Shown here: one piece after another, positions 8,619 to 18,051 of the stretch
Position numbering within the stretch: position 1 is the first letter of the stretch
How the letters are laid out: the number at the start of each line of letters is the position of its first letter
Assembly (NCBI GenBank): GCA_028282585.1
Contig: JANQHR010000151.1
Coordinates: 1-57,905, forward strand
Direction: 5' to 3'
Origin: Bacteroidales bacterium
GTDB taxonomy: Bacteria; Bacteroidota; Bacteroidia; Bacteroidales; UBA12077
DNA: 57,905 nt
Program-made: the position numbers and the translations under genes
Notes under the pieces: generated by a model
Seen by the model: the letters and a program-made list of their open reading frames with translations, nothing else
Database searches by the model: none
What the model was told of the DNA's origin: nothing

Positions 8619-10751
8619 TTAAATAAATTGAGTAAATCGAAAATATATCGAACGACCTATTCCAGGTATATCATAATTGTTAAAGCCCGGATAGTTATAT
8701 TTAGTATCTAATAGGTTCTGTAATTTTAAGCTAATTTTAGTTTTGCTATCCTTAAAAATATTAATATCTGTAGAAGAGATTGTTAAATCTAATACCAGAT
8801 AAGGATCTAATTTATATCTACTTGTAGCATAGTTTATTGGATCGTAAACAAAGTTGTTTTGATCACTAGCTATTCTGGAACTTATGTACTTTCCTTCAAG
8901 ATTTATATTTAAATAAAATTTTGGTAAATGGTATATATCTCCAAATTTGATTATATGATTTGGATACAACGCCGTATTAACTTTAATTTCCTGTAACAAT
9001 GGATCATTTTTTTCTAAAATGCTCTTTTGATATGAATAATTCACATACGCTGTATTCTGAAATAAGCTGGCATTTAGCTCGGCTTCAATCCCCCCTGAAT
9101 AAATATTTGAAACATTCTCTGCCATAATATTTGTGATCTGGCCATATGGAAGCAGATATTCTATTTTATCATCAATTTCCGTGTAAAATACATTTGTACT
9201 GAAGTTAACCGATTCCGTTATTTTTCCCATTAACGCCCATTCCAACGTATTAGCTTTTTCTGGTTTTAATGAAGGATTACCAACAATTCCTCCCGGATAA
9301 ATATAATTAGTATATAACTGCTCTGATGATGGAGCATTAAAAGACGTACCATACATTATTTTCGTACTGATATCATTTGTTAAATGATATACAGCAGCAA
9401 TTCTATAAGTTAACACATCTCCATATATGTTATGATAATCAAACCGATATCCCGCAGTTAAAGTTAAGTTACGTAAATAATTTATGCCGAAAAACTCACT
9501 TGCATTAAAAATCATTTGTAAGTATATACCCAGATTATTGAACTGATCCTTACCTTCGGTACCACCAGGATTTAAAGTTCTGGTTCCTGCATTATTAACA
9601 GTATAAAATTTTTGGTGATCATGAATGTCAGTTGTATAGTCTATGCCTATTGAGAAATTGTTAACTTCGTCAAAATTATAGGAAAGATTACCGGTTACAT
9701 CATAGCCTGTATAACTTACTTCTCGTTCAATCCATTCTGTTGGATCAGTGTTTGTTTCAAGAATTTCATCTTTAAAAGGCTTACCAGTTGATCGAGATAA
9801 AGTTAACGTGGCATTTAGGTTTTCATATATATCCTTATTATATGATACTCGCTCGTAGGCATTAATTAAACTAATATAATTGTTACGTGTAAGTGCTCCC
9901 CAGTCTAAGAACTCGGCGTAAGAGTTTATGATTTGTTTTGTTCCGTCAAGTGTTATTTTACCAAACTTACCATCTTCATATGTTAGTTTCAAAAAAATAC
10001 TTAAAGGATTGGATTCATTTTTCTTGCCAATATCGCTTTTAGAATATATTTCATTTCCAGGAACATTAGTAAGGGCAAGACCTGATTTATCAATTTGTGA
10101 ATAAGAGCTGGCAAAAATGAAATTAAATTTTTCTTTTTCTCCTCCCCAAACAGTACTAATACCAAATGAAGAATTGTCGCTAATATCAGCTATATAGTGT
10201 GAAATTGCATTATCTTGTAACGTTGATCCGGATTTTGTTATAATATTTATAACGCCAAGGAACGCATTTTTCCCATAAAGTGCCGAATTAGGACCACGAA
10301 TGATTTCAATTTTTTCTATTGCTTCAATCGGAATAAGAGAAGCATCCAGAAAATTATTTGAGCTTGACCTAAAAGAAACGCTTTGACCATCAACCATAAC
10401 TTTTATTAATCGTGACCAGGTTCTCAAGCCACCATTAATTCCGCGAATACCAAGATTAGGTTGAAAATGATCCGTTATTACATCATATCCTGCAATGCTG
10501 TTTAAAGCTTCATCTAAACTAAGGTAACCCCTTTCCTTTATTTGTTTTTCTGTTATAACTGATACAATAGAAGGAGCATCTATTATATTTTGATTCTGAC
10601 GTACTGCCGAAACTATTTCAATATTCATAAGATCTTCTAGCGAAAGATCAAAAAGAGCTTCTGTTGAAGTAGTATCAATTTCTTGTGATATAGTACTATT
10701 TACTTGAAATAATAAAAGAAGTAAGAACAGATATAAAATTCGATATTTCAT
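8619..10751 (-). CDS. TonB-dependent receptor (YfiR-associated type)
   Basis: LFDLSLEDLMNIEIVSA..APSIVSVIT plug, IEKIEIIRGPNSALYG, GNPSLKPE, C-terminal GRSIYFRF. Start moved to ATG 10751. Confidence 0.9.
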   Translation of the reverse strand: MKYRILYLFLLLLLFQVNSTISQEIDTTSTEALFDLSLEDLMNIEIVSAVRQNQNIIDAPSIVSVITEKQIKERGYLSLDEALNSIAGYDVITDHFQPNLGIRGINGGLRTWSRLIKVMVDGQSVSFRSSSNNFLDASLIPIEAIEKIEIIRGPNSALYGKNAFLGVINIITKSGSTLQDNAISHYIADISDNSSFGISTVWGGEKEKFNFIFASSYSQIDKSGLALTNVPGNEIYSKSDIGKKNESNPLSIFLKLTYEDGKFGKITLDGTKQIINSYAEFLDWGALTRNNYISLINAYERVSYNKDIYENLNATLTLSRSTGKPFKDEILETNTDPTEWIEREVSYTGYDVTGNLSYNFDEVNNFSIGIDYTTDIHDHQKFYTVNNAGTRTLNPGGTEGKDQFNNLGIYLQMIFNASEFFGINYLRNLTLTAGYRFDYHNIYGDVLTYRIAAVYHLTNDISTKIMYGTSFNAPSSEQLYTNYIYPGGIVGNPSLKPEKANTLEWALMGKITESVNFSTNVFYTEIDDKIEYLLPYGQITNIMAENVSNIYSGGIEAELNASLFQNTAYVNYSYQKSILEKNDPLLQEIKVNTALYPNHIIKFGDIYHLPKFYLNINLEGKYISSRIASDQNNFVYDPINYATSRYKLDPYLVLDLTISSTDINIFKDSKTKISLKLQNLLDTKYNYPGFNNYDIPGIGRSIYFRFTQFI

Positions 10752-10842
10752 AGTCCTCAATTTGTTTGCCAACGATCGGAAAGTTAAGAATAAATTGCTA
10801 AAGCTCTAGTTTTAAGTCCAGTTTAAATTTCTAATTAGTACT

Positions 10843-11835
10843 TTAATACCTTATACGTAATCCTTCGGAACAGTTTCTACAAATCGCAACTTTTTTTCGA
10901 TTATGCAAAATGGTTTTCCTGAAATTGTTGAAAATATTGTGTTTCCAAAGCTTTAGCATACTGTTTTTATTTATGTTACCTAAATTAAATTCTAGGTTTT
11001 TGTCAAAACAACATGGAATTAATATTCCTTCCCAACTTATAACTGCTGTGCTCCATATTCTAAAACATTTATCTGGCAATTTAGTTTTAGTCTGATAATG
11101 AGATTTTTTAAAATATCTCGAATATTTGCTAATATTAGGAATTAAGTCACTGTTTTGAGTAAAGTTTTCGATTTGTGCTGATTTTAGTTTAAGTTTATTT
11201 ACCCCCAGGACTTTACTTAAGCGTTTTATTTCAGCAAGTTGGTACTGATTATGTTTAAGCACCAAAAATTGCAGATGAATTTTTGGATAAATTGATTTTA
11301 GTTCTTTCTTGACCAAAACAAGGTTTTTAATACCGCTTATTACTTTGTTAAAGTTCCCACCCAGGCGATATTTTTCATATGTTTCCTGATCGGTCCCATC
11401 TATTGAAATAATTATCTTTTTTAATCCTGAATGTATTACTCTTTTACAATTCTCTTTATTTAAGAAGTGCCCATTAGTTGATATACTGGTGTAAATTTTA
11501 TTTTGATTTGCGTATTTGATAAACTCGTAAAGATCTTGATGCAGAAATGGTTCGCCTTGAAAATATACCATATGATATATTGTAAAATCTTTTATATCAT
11601 CAATAAGTTTTTTGTAAAGTTTAATATCCTGAAAGCCTTTTTTTCTGTTCGCAGAGTTGTTGCCTGTTGGACATTCAAGGCATTTTAAGTTACATTTATT
11701 GGTTGGCTCTGTTGTTATACTGAACGGATATCCCCACACAATGGCTTTTCTAGTTAATATAGATAACAAATAACTCAAATACATCTTGAAAAGATTTACT
11801 ACTTTTTTGAAGCTTATGTATTTATACCAAATCAT
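10843..11835 (-). CDS. Radical SAM protein with SPASM/twitch domain
   Basis: CNLKCLEC (CxxxCxxC), QGEPF, STNG, C-terminal C..W...PCC...C..C. Start moved to ATG 11835 because the upstream codons lie within a terminator. Confidence 0.85.
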   Translation of the reverse strand: MIWYKYISFKKVVNLFKMYLSYLLSILTRKAIVWGYPFSITTEPTNKCNLKCLECPTGNNSANRKKGFQDIKLYKKLIDDIKDFTIYHMVYFQGEPFLHQDLYEFIKYANQNKIYTSISTNGHFLNKENCKRVIHSGLKKIIISIDGTDQETYEKYRLGGNFNKVISGIKNLVLVKKELKSIYPKIHLQFLVLKHNQYQLAEIKRLSKVLGVNKLKLKSAQIENFTQNSDLIPNISKYSRYFKKSHYQTKTKLPDKCFRIWSTAVISWEGILIPCCFDKNLEFNLGNINKNSMLKLWKHNIFNNFRKTILHNRKKVAICRNCSEGLRIRY

Positions 11836-11844
11836 TTTTAAATC

Positions 11845-11873
11845 AAAAAAGGCCGATATCATTATCAGCCTTT
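11845..11873 (-). terminator. Terminator of the OmpA/MotB-like gene
   Basis: Minus strand AAAGGCTGATA-atga-TATCGGCCTTT followed by TTT. Confidence 0.7.
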
Positions 11874-11892
11874 AAGTTTTTAGTATTAAAAT

Positions 11893-12903
11893 CTAATTTG
11901 TTTCTAGTATTTGGAATAGCTCATCCAATTCTGGGGTTAAGATAATCTCTGTTCTTCTATTTTTCTTTCTTGCATCAGGAGCTTTAGAATTAATAATTGG
12001 ATGATACTTACTTCTACCAGCTGCAATTAGTCTACTGCCTTCTATTTTCTTGTTTTCTACCAAAATTCGGACAATAGCTGTAGCTCGCTTTACGCTTAGA
12101 TCCCAGTTATCTTTTATAGCTTCACTTTCGATATATGGAACATCATCAGTATGACCTTCAACCATGATATTAATATCCGGGTTAACAGCTAATACATCGG
12201 CCAACTTTTTTATGGCACTAACTCCTTTAGGATCAACAGCAGTACTCCCCGATTTAAAAAGCAATTGTTCGTCTAGTGAAACATATACTTTACCATTCTT
12301 CATTTCAACGGCTAAACCTTTATCAGCAAATCCTAAAAGTGCATTAGAAACCTTATCTTTTAGTGCATTAACAACTGAATCCTTTTTATATAATATAGCT
12401 TCAAGTTCAACTAATTTAGTATTTTTCTCTTCGAGTTCTTTTTTGTATTTATTTAAATTACTTTGATCTCTTTTAAGATTATCTTCAAGTTGTCTTAGCC
12501 GATCTTCCTTTTCAATTATTCCAGCCTGCGTATTTTGAAGTTCTTCCAATAGTTTCCTGGTTTCAGATATGTTGCCCGCTAATAATTGATCTTGAGCTTT
12601 TTGCAGATCTTCATATTGTCGGTTCAACTTATCATATTTAATGTCAATTGATCTATATTTATTCTCTCTTTCAAGACTGTCTTCGCTATAATTTTTAAGC
12701 CTTTTAGACATAATATCAACTTTCGAGTTTAATTCAGTATTTGCAACTTCAAGTCTTTGGTTTTCTTCTTTAGTTAACTCAAGCTCTTCCTCACATTTAA
12801 CATTTTTTAACTGCAGTTCTTCGAATTGTTTTGTTGGAACACATGCTGTAAAAGCTATAAATACAATAATTACTAATGTACTTAGTTTGATTTTAAATGA
12901 CAT
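11893..12903 (-). CDS. OmpA/MotB-family coiled-coil lipoprotein
   Basis: Lipobox FTAC, long coiled coil, LLFKSGS, VEGHTD, NWDLS.KRA, KNRRTEIIL. Confidence 0.88.
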   Translation of the reverse strand: MSFKIKLSTLVIIVFIAFTACVPTKQFEELQLKNVKCEEELELTKEENQRLEVANTELNSKVDIMSKRLKNYSEDSLERENKYRSIDIKYDKLNRQYEDLQKAQDQLLAGNISETRKLLEELQNTQAGIIEKEDRLRQLEDNLKRDQSNLNKYKKELEEKNTKLVELEAILYKKDSVVNALKDKVSNALLGFADKGLAVEMKNGKVYVSLDEQLLFKSGSTAVDPKGVSAIKKLADVLAVNPDINIMVEGHTDDVPYIESEAIKDNWDLSVKRATAIVRILVENKKIEGSRLIAAGRSKYHPIINSKAPDARKKNRRTEIILTPELDELFQILETN

Positions 12904-13007
12904 ATCAACTATTTTAGTTTAAGATTGTTAAATATACGAATTTAGTAAATAGCAAAGATATAAAATATGTAAGCGTTAAGTTCGTTAGAACAGTGTAAAA
13001 TTATTCA

Positions 13008-13015
13008 TATCTTTG
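13008..13015 (+). promoter_or_regulatory. -7 promoter element (TATCTTTG) of dxs
   Basis: Exact TAnnTTTG match 19 nt before the ATG. Confidence 0.6.
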
Positions 13016-13034
13016 TGCTAATTAACATTGTTGT

Positions 13035-14951
13035 ATGTCAAAGGGTTTGTTAAAAAATATTTTATTTCCATCCGATCTTAAAAAATTGGATTTAACGGAA
13101 CTTCCTAAACTAAGTGAGGAGTTGCGGCAATTTATAATTGATGTTGTATCATCAAATCCTGGACATTTTGGAGCAAGCCTTGGTGTAGTGGAGCTAACCG
13201 TTGCTTTACACTATGTTTTTAATACGCCATATGACAGAATTATATGGGATGTCGGGCATCAGGCATATGGGCATAAAATTCTTACAGGGCGTAAGGAAGT
13301 TTTTAACACAAACAGAAAATACAAAGGAATAAGTGGATTTCCGAAAATCACAGAAAGTGAATATGACTCTTTTGGTGTAGGACATTCATCGACTTCTATA
13401 TCAGCAGCACTTGGAATGGCAAAAGCTGCAGGTTTCAGTAAAGATGATGATAGACAAATTGTAGCCGTTATTGGTGATGGCTCTATGACAGCTGGATTGG
13501 CTTTTGAGGGATTAAACAATGCAGGAATTGAAAAGACAAATTTATTGGTAATCCTCAATGATAACAACATGGCCATCGATCCAAATGTTGGTGCCTTAAA
13601 AGAATATTTATTAGATATTACAACTTCAAAAACTTATAATAAGCTTAAAAATGACGTTTGGCACTTATTGGGTCATCTAAATAAACTTGGACATAATTAC
13701 AGAAAGCTGGCACAACAAATAGATAATGCAGTTAAAAGCTTTTTATTACGTCAAAGTAATTTATTCGAGTCGCTAAATTTCAGGTATTTTGGACCTGTTG
13801 ATGGACATGACGTAGTATATTTAACAAAGATACTTAATGACCTAAAGGATATTAAAGGTCCAAAGTTGTTACATGTTGTTACTCAAAAAGGAAAAGGTTT
13901 TAAACAAGCTGAAGAGAATCAAACCATTTTTCATGCACCCGGGAGATTTGATAAAGAGACAGGAGAAATTTTAAAAATAAAAACAGATAAACCAACACCT
14001 CCAAAATATCAAGATGTATTTGGGCACACGGTTCTTGAATTAGCTAAGGAAAATGAAAAAATAGTGGGTATTACGCCGGCTATGCCAACCGGATCATCAT
14101 TGAATATAATGATGAAAGAAATGCCGGAAAGGACTTTTGATGTTGGAATCGCAGAACAGCATGCTGTTACTTTTTCTGCTGGATTAGCTATTGAAGGAAT
14201 GTTACCATTCTGTAATATATATTCTTCCTTTATGCAACGAGCTTATGATCAGGTTATTCACGACGTCGCAATTCAAAATTTAAATGTTGTATTTTGTTTA
14301 GATCGAGGCGGATTAGTGGGCGAGGATGGAGCTACACATCATGGTGTTTATGATTTAGCTTACATGCGTGGAATTCCAAATATGATCGTTTCTGCACCAA
14401 TGAACGAAGAAGAACTGCGCAACTTAATGTATACTGCGCAGTTACCTAGTAAAGGCCCATTTTCAATCCGATATCCAAGAGGAACAGGAGTAATGCCAGA
14501 GTGGAAAACTTCTTTAAAGGAAGTTGAAATAGGGAAAGGGCGTTTGATTAGAAAAGGTACTGATATTGCAATACTATCAATAGGGCATATAGGAAATTCT
14601 GTTGTAGAGGCTTCAAAAGAATTAGTAAAAAAGAATATCGATGTAACGCATTATGATATGAGGTTTGTAAAGCCAATAGATGAGAAGATATTGCATGAAA
14701 TAGGCAGAAATTATAAATCGGTTGTTACGGTAGAAGATGGAACCATAGTTGGTGGTTTCGGAAGTGCTGTTCTGGAATTTATGAATGACAATGGTTACAA
14801 TGTTCGGGTAAAACGTCTAGGAGTTCCAGACAAATTTATTGATCATGGTACTCCCGAAGAGTTGCACAAAGAATGTGGGTTTGACACTAAAAGTATTGTA
14901 AGTGTAATTAAATCAATGGTTCAGCCTAATCTTTTATCGAGTGCAGGATAG
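13035..14951 (+). CDS. dxs: 1-deoxy-D-xylulose-5-phosphate synthase
   Basis: IWDVGHQAYGHKILTGR, GHSSTSIS, GDGSMTAG, FDVGIAEQHAV, DRGGLVGEDGATH, IRYPRG. Confidence 0.97.
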   Translation: MSKGLLKNILFPSDLKKLDLTELPKLSEELRQFIIDVVSSNPGHFGASLGVVELTVALHYVFNTPYDRIIWDVGHQAYGHKILTGRKEVFNTNRKYKGISGFPKITESEYDSFGVGHSSTSISAALGMAKAAGFSKDDDRQIVAVIGDGSMTAGLAFEGLNNAGIEKTNLLVILNDNNMAIDPNVGALKEYLLDITTSKTYNKLKNDVWHLLGHLNKLGHNYRKLAQQIDNAVKSFLLRQSNLFESLNFRYFGPVDGHDVVYLTKILNDLKDIKGPKLLHVVTQKGKGFKQAEENQTIFHAPGRFDKETGEILKIKTDKPTPPKYQDVFGHTVLELAKENEKIVGITPAMPTGSSLNIMMKEMPERTFDVGIAEQHAVTFSAGLAIEGMLPFCNIYSSFMQRAYDQVIHDVAIQNLNVVFCLDRGGLVGEDGATHHGVYDLAYMRGIPNMIVSAPMNEEELRNLMYTAQLPSKGPFSIRYPRGTGVMPEWKTSLKEVEIGKGRLIRKGTDIAILSIGHIGNSVVEASKELVKKNIDVTHYDMRFVKPIDEKILHEIGRNYKSVVTVEDGTIVGGFGSAVLEFMNDNGYNVRVKRLGVPDKFIDHGTPEELHKECGFDTKSIVSVIKSMVQPNLLSSAG

Positions 14952-14967
14952 TTTTGTAATAGAAAAG

Positions 14968-14998
14968 TTTGCGAATATCAAACAATTCCATATTTTTG
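14968..14998 (+). promoter_or_regulatory. Consensus Bacteroidota promoter of tRNA-Leu
   Basis: TTTG (14968-71), 19-nt spacer, TATTTTTG (14991-98). Confidence 0.75.
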
Positions 14999-15022
14999 CA
15001 ATCCGATATTTTAAATCTACCA

Positions 15023-15106
15023 GCCTGGATGGCGGAATTGGTAGACGCGCTGGTCTCAAACACCAGTGGACATTAGTCCGTGTCGGTTCGATCCCGACTC
15101 CAGGTA
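15023..15106 (+). tRNA. tRNA-Leu, anticodon CAA
   Basis: Acceptor GCCTGGA/TCCAGGT, D-loop GGAATTGGTAGAC, anticodon arm CTGGT-CTCAAAC-ACCAG, long variable arm, GGTTCGATCC T-loop. CCA not encoded. Confidence 0.96.
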
Positions 15107-15120
15107 CAAATAATAAAATC

Positions 15121-15148
15121 AACTCTCCTTCAGTGAGGGTTTTTTTTT
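15121..15148 (+). terminator. Terminator after tRNA-Leu
   Basis: AACTCTC-loop-GAGGGTT then a T run. Confidence 0.75.
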
Positions 15149-15175
15149 ATCTTTATGCGACTTAAACAAAAGGCC

Positions 15176-15622
15176 ATGAGTAAAGAAAACCCATTACACC
15201 CTTATAAAGAGAAACAAGACGAATACGATAAAAGATATTTAGAAATGGCACTTATTTGGGCAAAAAATTCATATTGTAAAAGACGCCAGGTGGGTGCTTT
15301 AATCGTAAAAGATAAAATGATTATTTCGGATGGATACAATGGAACTCCATCAGGATTTGAAAATGTGTGTGAAGATGAGAACTTTTTAACTAAACCATAT
15401 GTTTTACATGCAGAAGCAAATGCAATTACAAAAGTTGCTAAATCTAATAATAGTTCCGAGGATGCTACGTTATACGTTACAACATCGCCATGTATGGAGT
15501 GTTCAAAACTAATTATACAGGCTGGAATAAAGCGAGTAGTTTTTAATAATAAGTATCGTGATGAATCAGGTCTGAGATTATTGGAGAGAGCTAATATAGA
15601 GATAAAACATGTTGAACTTTAA
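15176..15622 (+). CDS. dCMP deaminase (ComEB family)
   Basis: SYCKRRQVGA, DGYNGTP, HAEANAI, SPCMECSK zinc motifs. Start moved to ATG 15176. Confidence 0.93.
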   Translation: MSKENPLHPYKEKQDEYDKRYLEMALIWAKNSYCKRRQVGALIVKDKMIISDGYNGTPSGFENVCEDENFLTKPYVLHAEANAITKVAKSNNSSEDATLYVTTSPCMECSKLIIQAGIKRVVFNNKYRDESGLRLLERANIEIKHVEL

Positions 15623-15633
15623 AGAATTAGAAT

Positions 15634-17238
15634 ATGAAAAACAATAAAATATATTTACCAATATTATTTGCCGGAATCTTAGCAGCCGGAATTTTGCTAG
15701 GAAAAGCCTTGAATAATAATCCCCATAACAGATATGCGCATTTGTACCAATCTTCAGATAAGCTTGGCAAAATTCTAGATTATATAGAAACTCGTTACGT
15801 GGATACTGTTTCAAGATCTAAATTAGAAGAATCGGCTATACCGGCTATGCTGGAAGAATTAGATCCTCATTCTATTTATATTCCTGCCAAGGACATGAAA
15901 AGAGTAAGTGAAGATTTAAGGGGTAATTTTGAGGGAATAGGTGTAGTCTTTAATCATCAAACTGATACTGCAATAATAATTAGTGTTATAACGGGAGGAC
16001 CGTCTTATAAAGTGGGAGTTCTTCCCGGAGATAGAATTATAAAAGTAGATGATTTTTTAATAGCAGGACAGAATATTCCAAGCAATGATGTGGTTGGAAT
16101 GCTTAAGGGGGAAAAGGGTACTAAAGTTAAAGTGAGCTTAGAGCGTAAAAGTGTTCCAGATTTAATAGAGGTTGAAATAATTCGCGATGAAATTCCTTTA
16201 TATAGTGTTGATGTATCATATATGGTTAATGAAGAGATTGGTTATATAAAGATTAATCGGTTCGCTGAAACAACTTTTAAAGAATTTGTTGAAAGTGTTG
16301 AAAAACTTCGAGAATATAACCTAAAAAAACTAATAATTGATTTAAGAGGTAATACTGGAGGAGTTATGTTAGCTGCGACTAACATAGCAGACCAATTTTT
16401 AGATGCTGGTAAAATGATTGTATATACAAAAGGTAAAGCAAGTCCGAAGCAGGATATTTATTCAACTGCCCGTGGAATATGTAAGGATCTTGATTTAGTA
16501 ATTTTACAAGATGAGTTTTCAGCTTCGGCAAGTGAAATTTTAGCCGGAGCTATTCAAGATAACGACCGTGGGACAATCATTGGAAGAAGGTCATTTGGAA
16601 AAGGATTGGTTCAGGAACCATATCCATTATCAGATGGATCGGTAATCAGGTTGACCATTGCACGATATTATACTCCCACAGGACGAAGCATTCAAAAACC
16701 ATATTCCGATGATAAAGACGAATACTATAATGATTTGATGGAAAGATATCAACATGGCGAATTTTCAGAAGTGGATAGTATACATTTTGCAGATTCATTA
16801 AAATTTATAACCCCGGGCGGAAATATTGTTTATGGCGGCGGCGGAATTATGCCTGATATTTTTGTACCATTTGATACAACGGGTTATTCAAAATATTATG
16901 CAGAAACAGTGCGTAAGGGAATACTCTATAATTTTGCATTTCAATACGTTGATAATCACCGGAGTGAACTTAATAAGTTTGATAATGCTAATAGCATAAA
17001 CGAATACCTTGAATCAATTAAAATATTTGAAAAGTTTGCTGATTTTGCCGAAGAAAACGGGGTGCCAAAAACTACAAAAGGGTTTGACTATTCAAAACAA
17101 TTAGTAAATACTCAGTTAAAAGCAAACATTGCAAGGAATGTAATTGATAATGAAGGGTTTTATCCAATTATACAAGAGGTTGATACAACATTAAAAGTTG
17201 CGATAAAATATATGAAAGAAAAATCAGCAATGAATTAA
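15634..17238 (+). CDS. S41 family C-terminal processing protease
   Basis: LDPHS.Y, PDZ domain GNFEGIG, IIDLRGNTGG, SASASEILAGAIQD, RSFGKGLVQ, ARYYTPTGRSIQ. Confidence 0.93.
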   Translation: MKNNKIYLPILFAGILAAGILLGKALNNNPHNRYAHLYQSSDKLGKILDYIETRYVDTVSRSKLEESAIPAMLEELDPHSIYIPAKDMKRVSEDLRGNFEGIGVVFNHQTDTAIIISVITGGPSYKVGVLPGDRIIKVDDFLIAGQNIPSNDVVGMLKGEKGTKVKVSLERKSVPDLIEVEIIRDEIPLYSVDVSYMVNEEIGYIKINRFAETTFKEFVESVEKLREYNLKKLIIDLRGNTGGVMLAATNIADQFLDAGKMIVYTKGKASPKQDIYSTARGICKDLDLVILQDEFSASASEILAGAIQDNDRGTIIGRRSFGKGLVQEPYPLSDGSVIRLTIARYYTPTGRSIQKPYSDDKDEYYNDLMERYQHGEFSEVDSIHFADSLKFITPGGNIVYGGGGIMPDIFVPFDTTGYSKYYAETVRKGILYNFAFQYVDNHRSELNKFDNANSINEYLESIKIFEKFADFAEENGVPKTTKGFDYSKQLVNTQLKANIARNVIDNEGFYPIIQEVDTTLKVAIKYMKEKSAMN

Positions 17239-17279
17239 ACCTACATAAAAAGATATTATCTAAGTAATAATTAGGATTA

Positions 17280-17348
17280 AATAAAAAATTTAATTCATAA
17301 TTTTGGGTTTTTAGGTTAGTAGGCGCTCTTTTAAAGAGTGCCTCTTTT
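17280..17348 (+). ncRNA. Candidate 3'-UTR-derived sRNA (U-rich anti-initiation-region seed plus terminator)
   Basis: TTCATAATTTTGGGTTTTTAGGTTAGT directly precedes a terminator hairpin and is complementary to frr 3042-3068. The 5' end is unknown. Confidence 0.35.
17321..17348 (+). terminator. Terminator after the S41 protease
   Basis: AGGCGCTCTT-tta-AAGAGTGCCT-cTTTT. Confidence 0.75.
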
Positions 17349-17476
17349 ATTATAAACAAGAGAGTTTTTATTTAAATAAAATAGATTACTTTTTGTAAAG
17401 CGGTGTAATAAAGAAAGATTCTTTGTGTCATAAGGATAGAAACTTGAAAAACTAAGTAGAACATAAAACTTGAAAA

Positions 17477-17995
17477 ATGAAAACACAAAGAATTAAAACA
17501 TTAAGTGCATTAACTATAGTTTTGTTGATGATAACAGCTTCAAATTTACATGCTCAAAGAGGAAGGTTTTATACTAAAGAACGAAATTTTAATAATAAAG
17601 GGATCTGCGAAATAATTCCTGATTTAACTGAAGAACAAGAAGCTAAAATCAAAGAGCTTAGGGTTGATCATCTAAAAGAAATGAAACCTTTTCGTAATCA
17701 GGTGAATGAGTTAAGAGCAAGGAAACAAACTCTTATGACATCAGATAATGCTAATCTTAAAGAGATAAATTCTGTAATTGATAAAATGACAGATATCCAA
17801 AGCAAAATGATGAAAGCAACCGCTAAGCATCATCAAGAAGTAAGAAATCTATTGACAGATGAGCAAAAACTATTTTTAGATAGCAGACGAATGCGTGGCT
17901 CAACGTATGGTAAAGGTATGAGAAATGCCGGAAGAAGAATGTGTGGAGAAGGGTTTGGTATGTACAACTACTATACAGAAGAAACTAGTAATTAA
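17477..17995 (+). CDS. Spy/CpxP-family periplasmic protein (LTxxQ)
   Basis: Signal peptide ending LHA-Q; LTEEQEAKI and LLTDEQK motifs; helical. Confidence 0.82.
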   Translation: MKTQRIKTLSALTIVLLMITASNLHAQRGRFYTKERNFNNKGICEIIPDLTEEQEAKIKELRVDHLKEMKPFRNQVNELRARKQTLMTSDNANLKEINSVIDKMTDIQSKMMKATAKHHQEVRNLLTDEQKLFLDSRRMRGSTYGKGMRNAGRRMCGEGFGMYNYYTEETSN

Positions 17996-18012
17996 AGAAA
18001 TGGAATACAATG

Positions 18013-18051
18013 AACTACCTCCAAATAGTTAAGCACTGTTTGGAAGTAGTT
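18013..18051. terminator. Long hairpin between convergent genes
   Basis: AACTACCTCCAAATAGT-taagc-ACTGTTTGGAAGTAGTT. Confidence 0.6.

Noticed and set aside
10843-12903. OmpA lipoprotein as YfiB equivalent; radical SAM as RiPP maturase
   Set aside because: The OmpA gene is the MotB-like coiled-coil type and has its own terminator; no precursor peptide is visible near the radical SAM gene.
14934-15165. ORFs over the tRNA; tRNA as integration site
   Set aside because: The ORFs are tRNA artefacts; no integrase or duplicated tRNA 3' end was seen.
17439-17477. Direct repeat AAACTTGAAAAA before the Spy-like gene
   Set aside because: Two low-complexity copies only; cannot be distinguished from chance or a small duplication.
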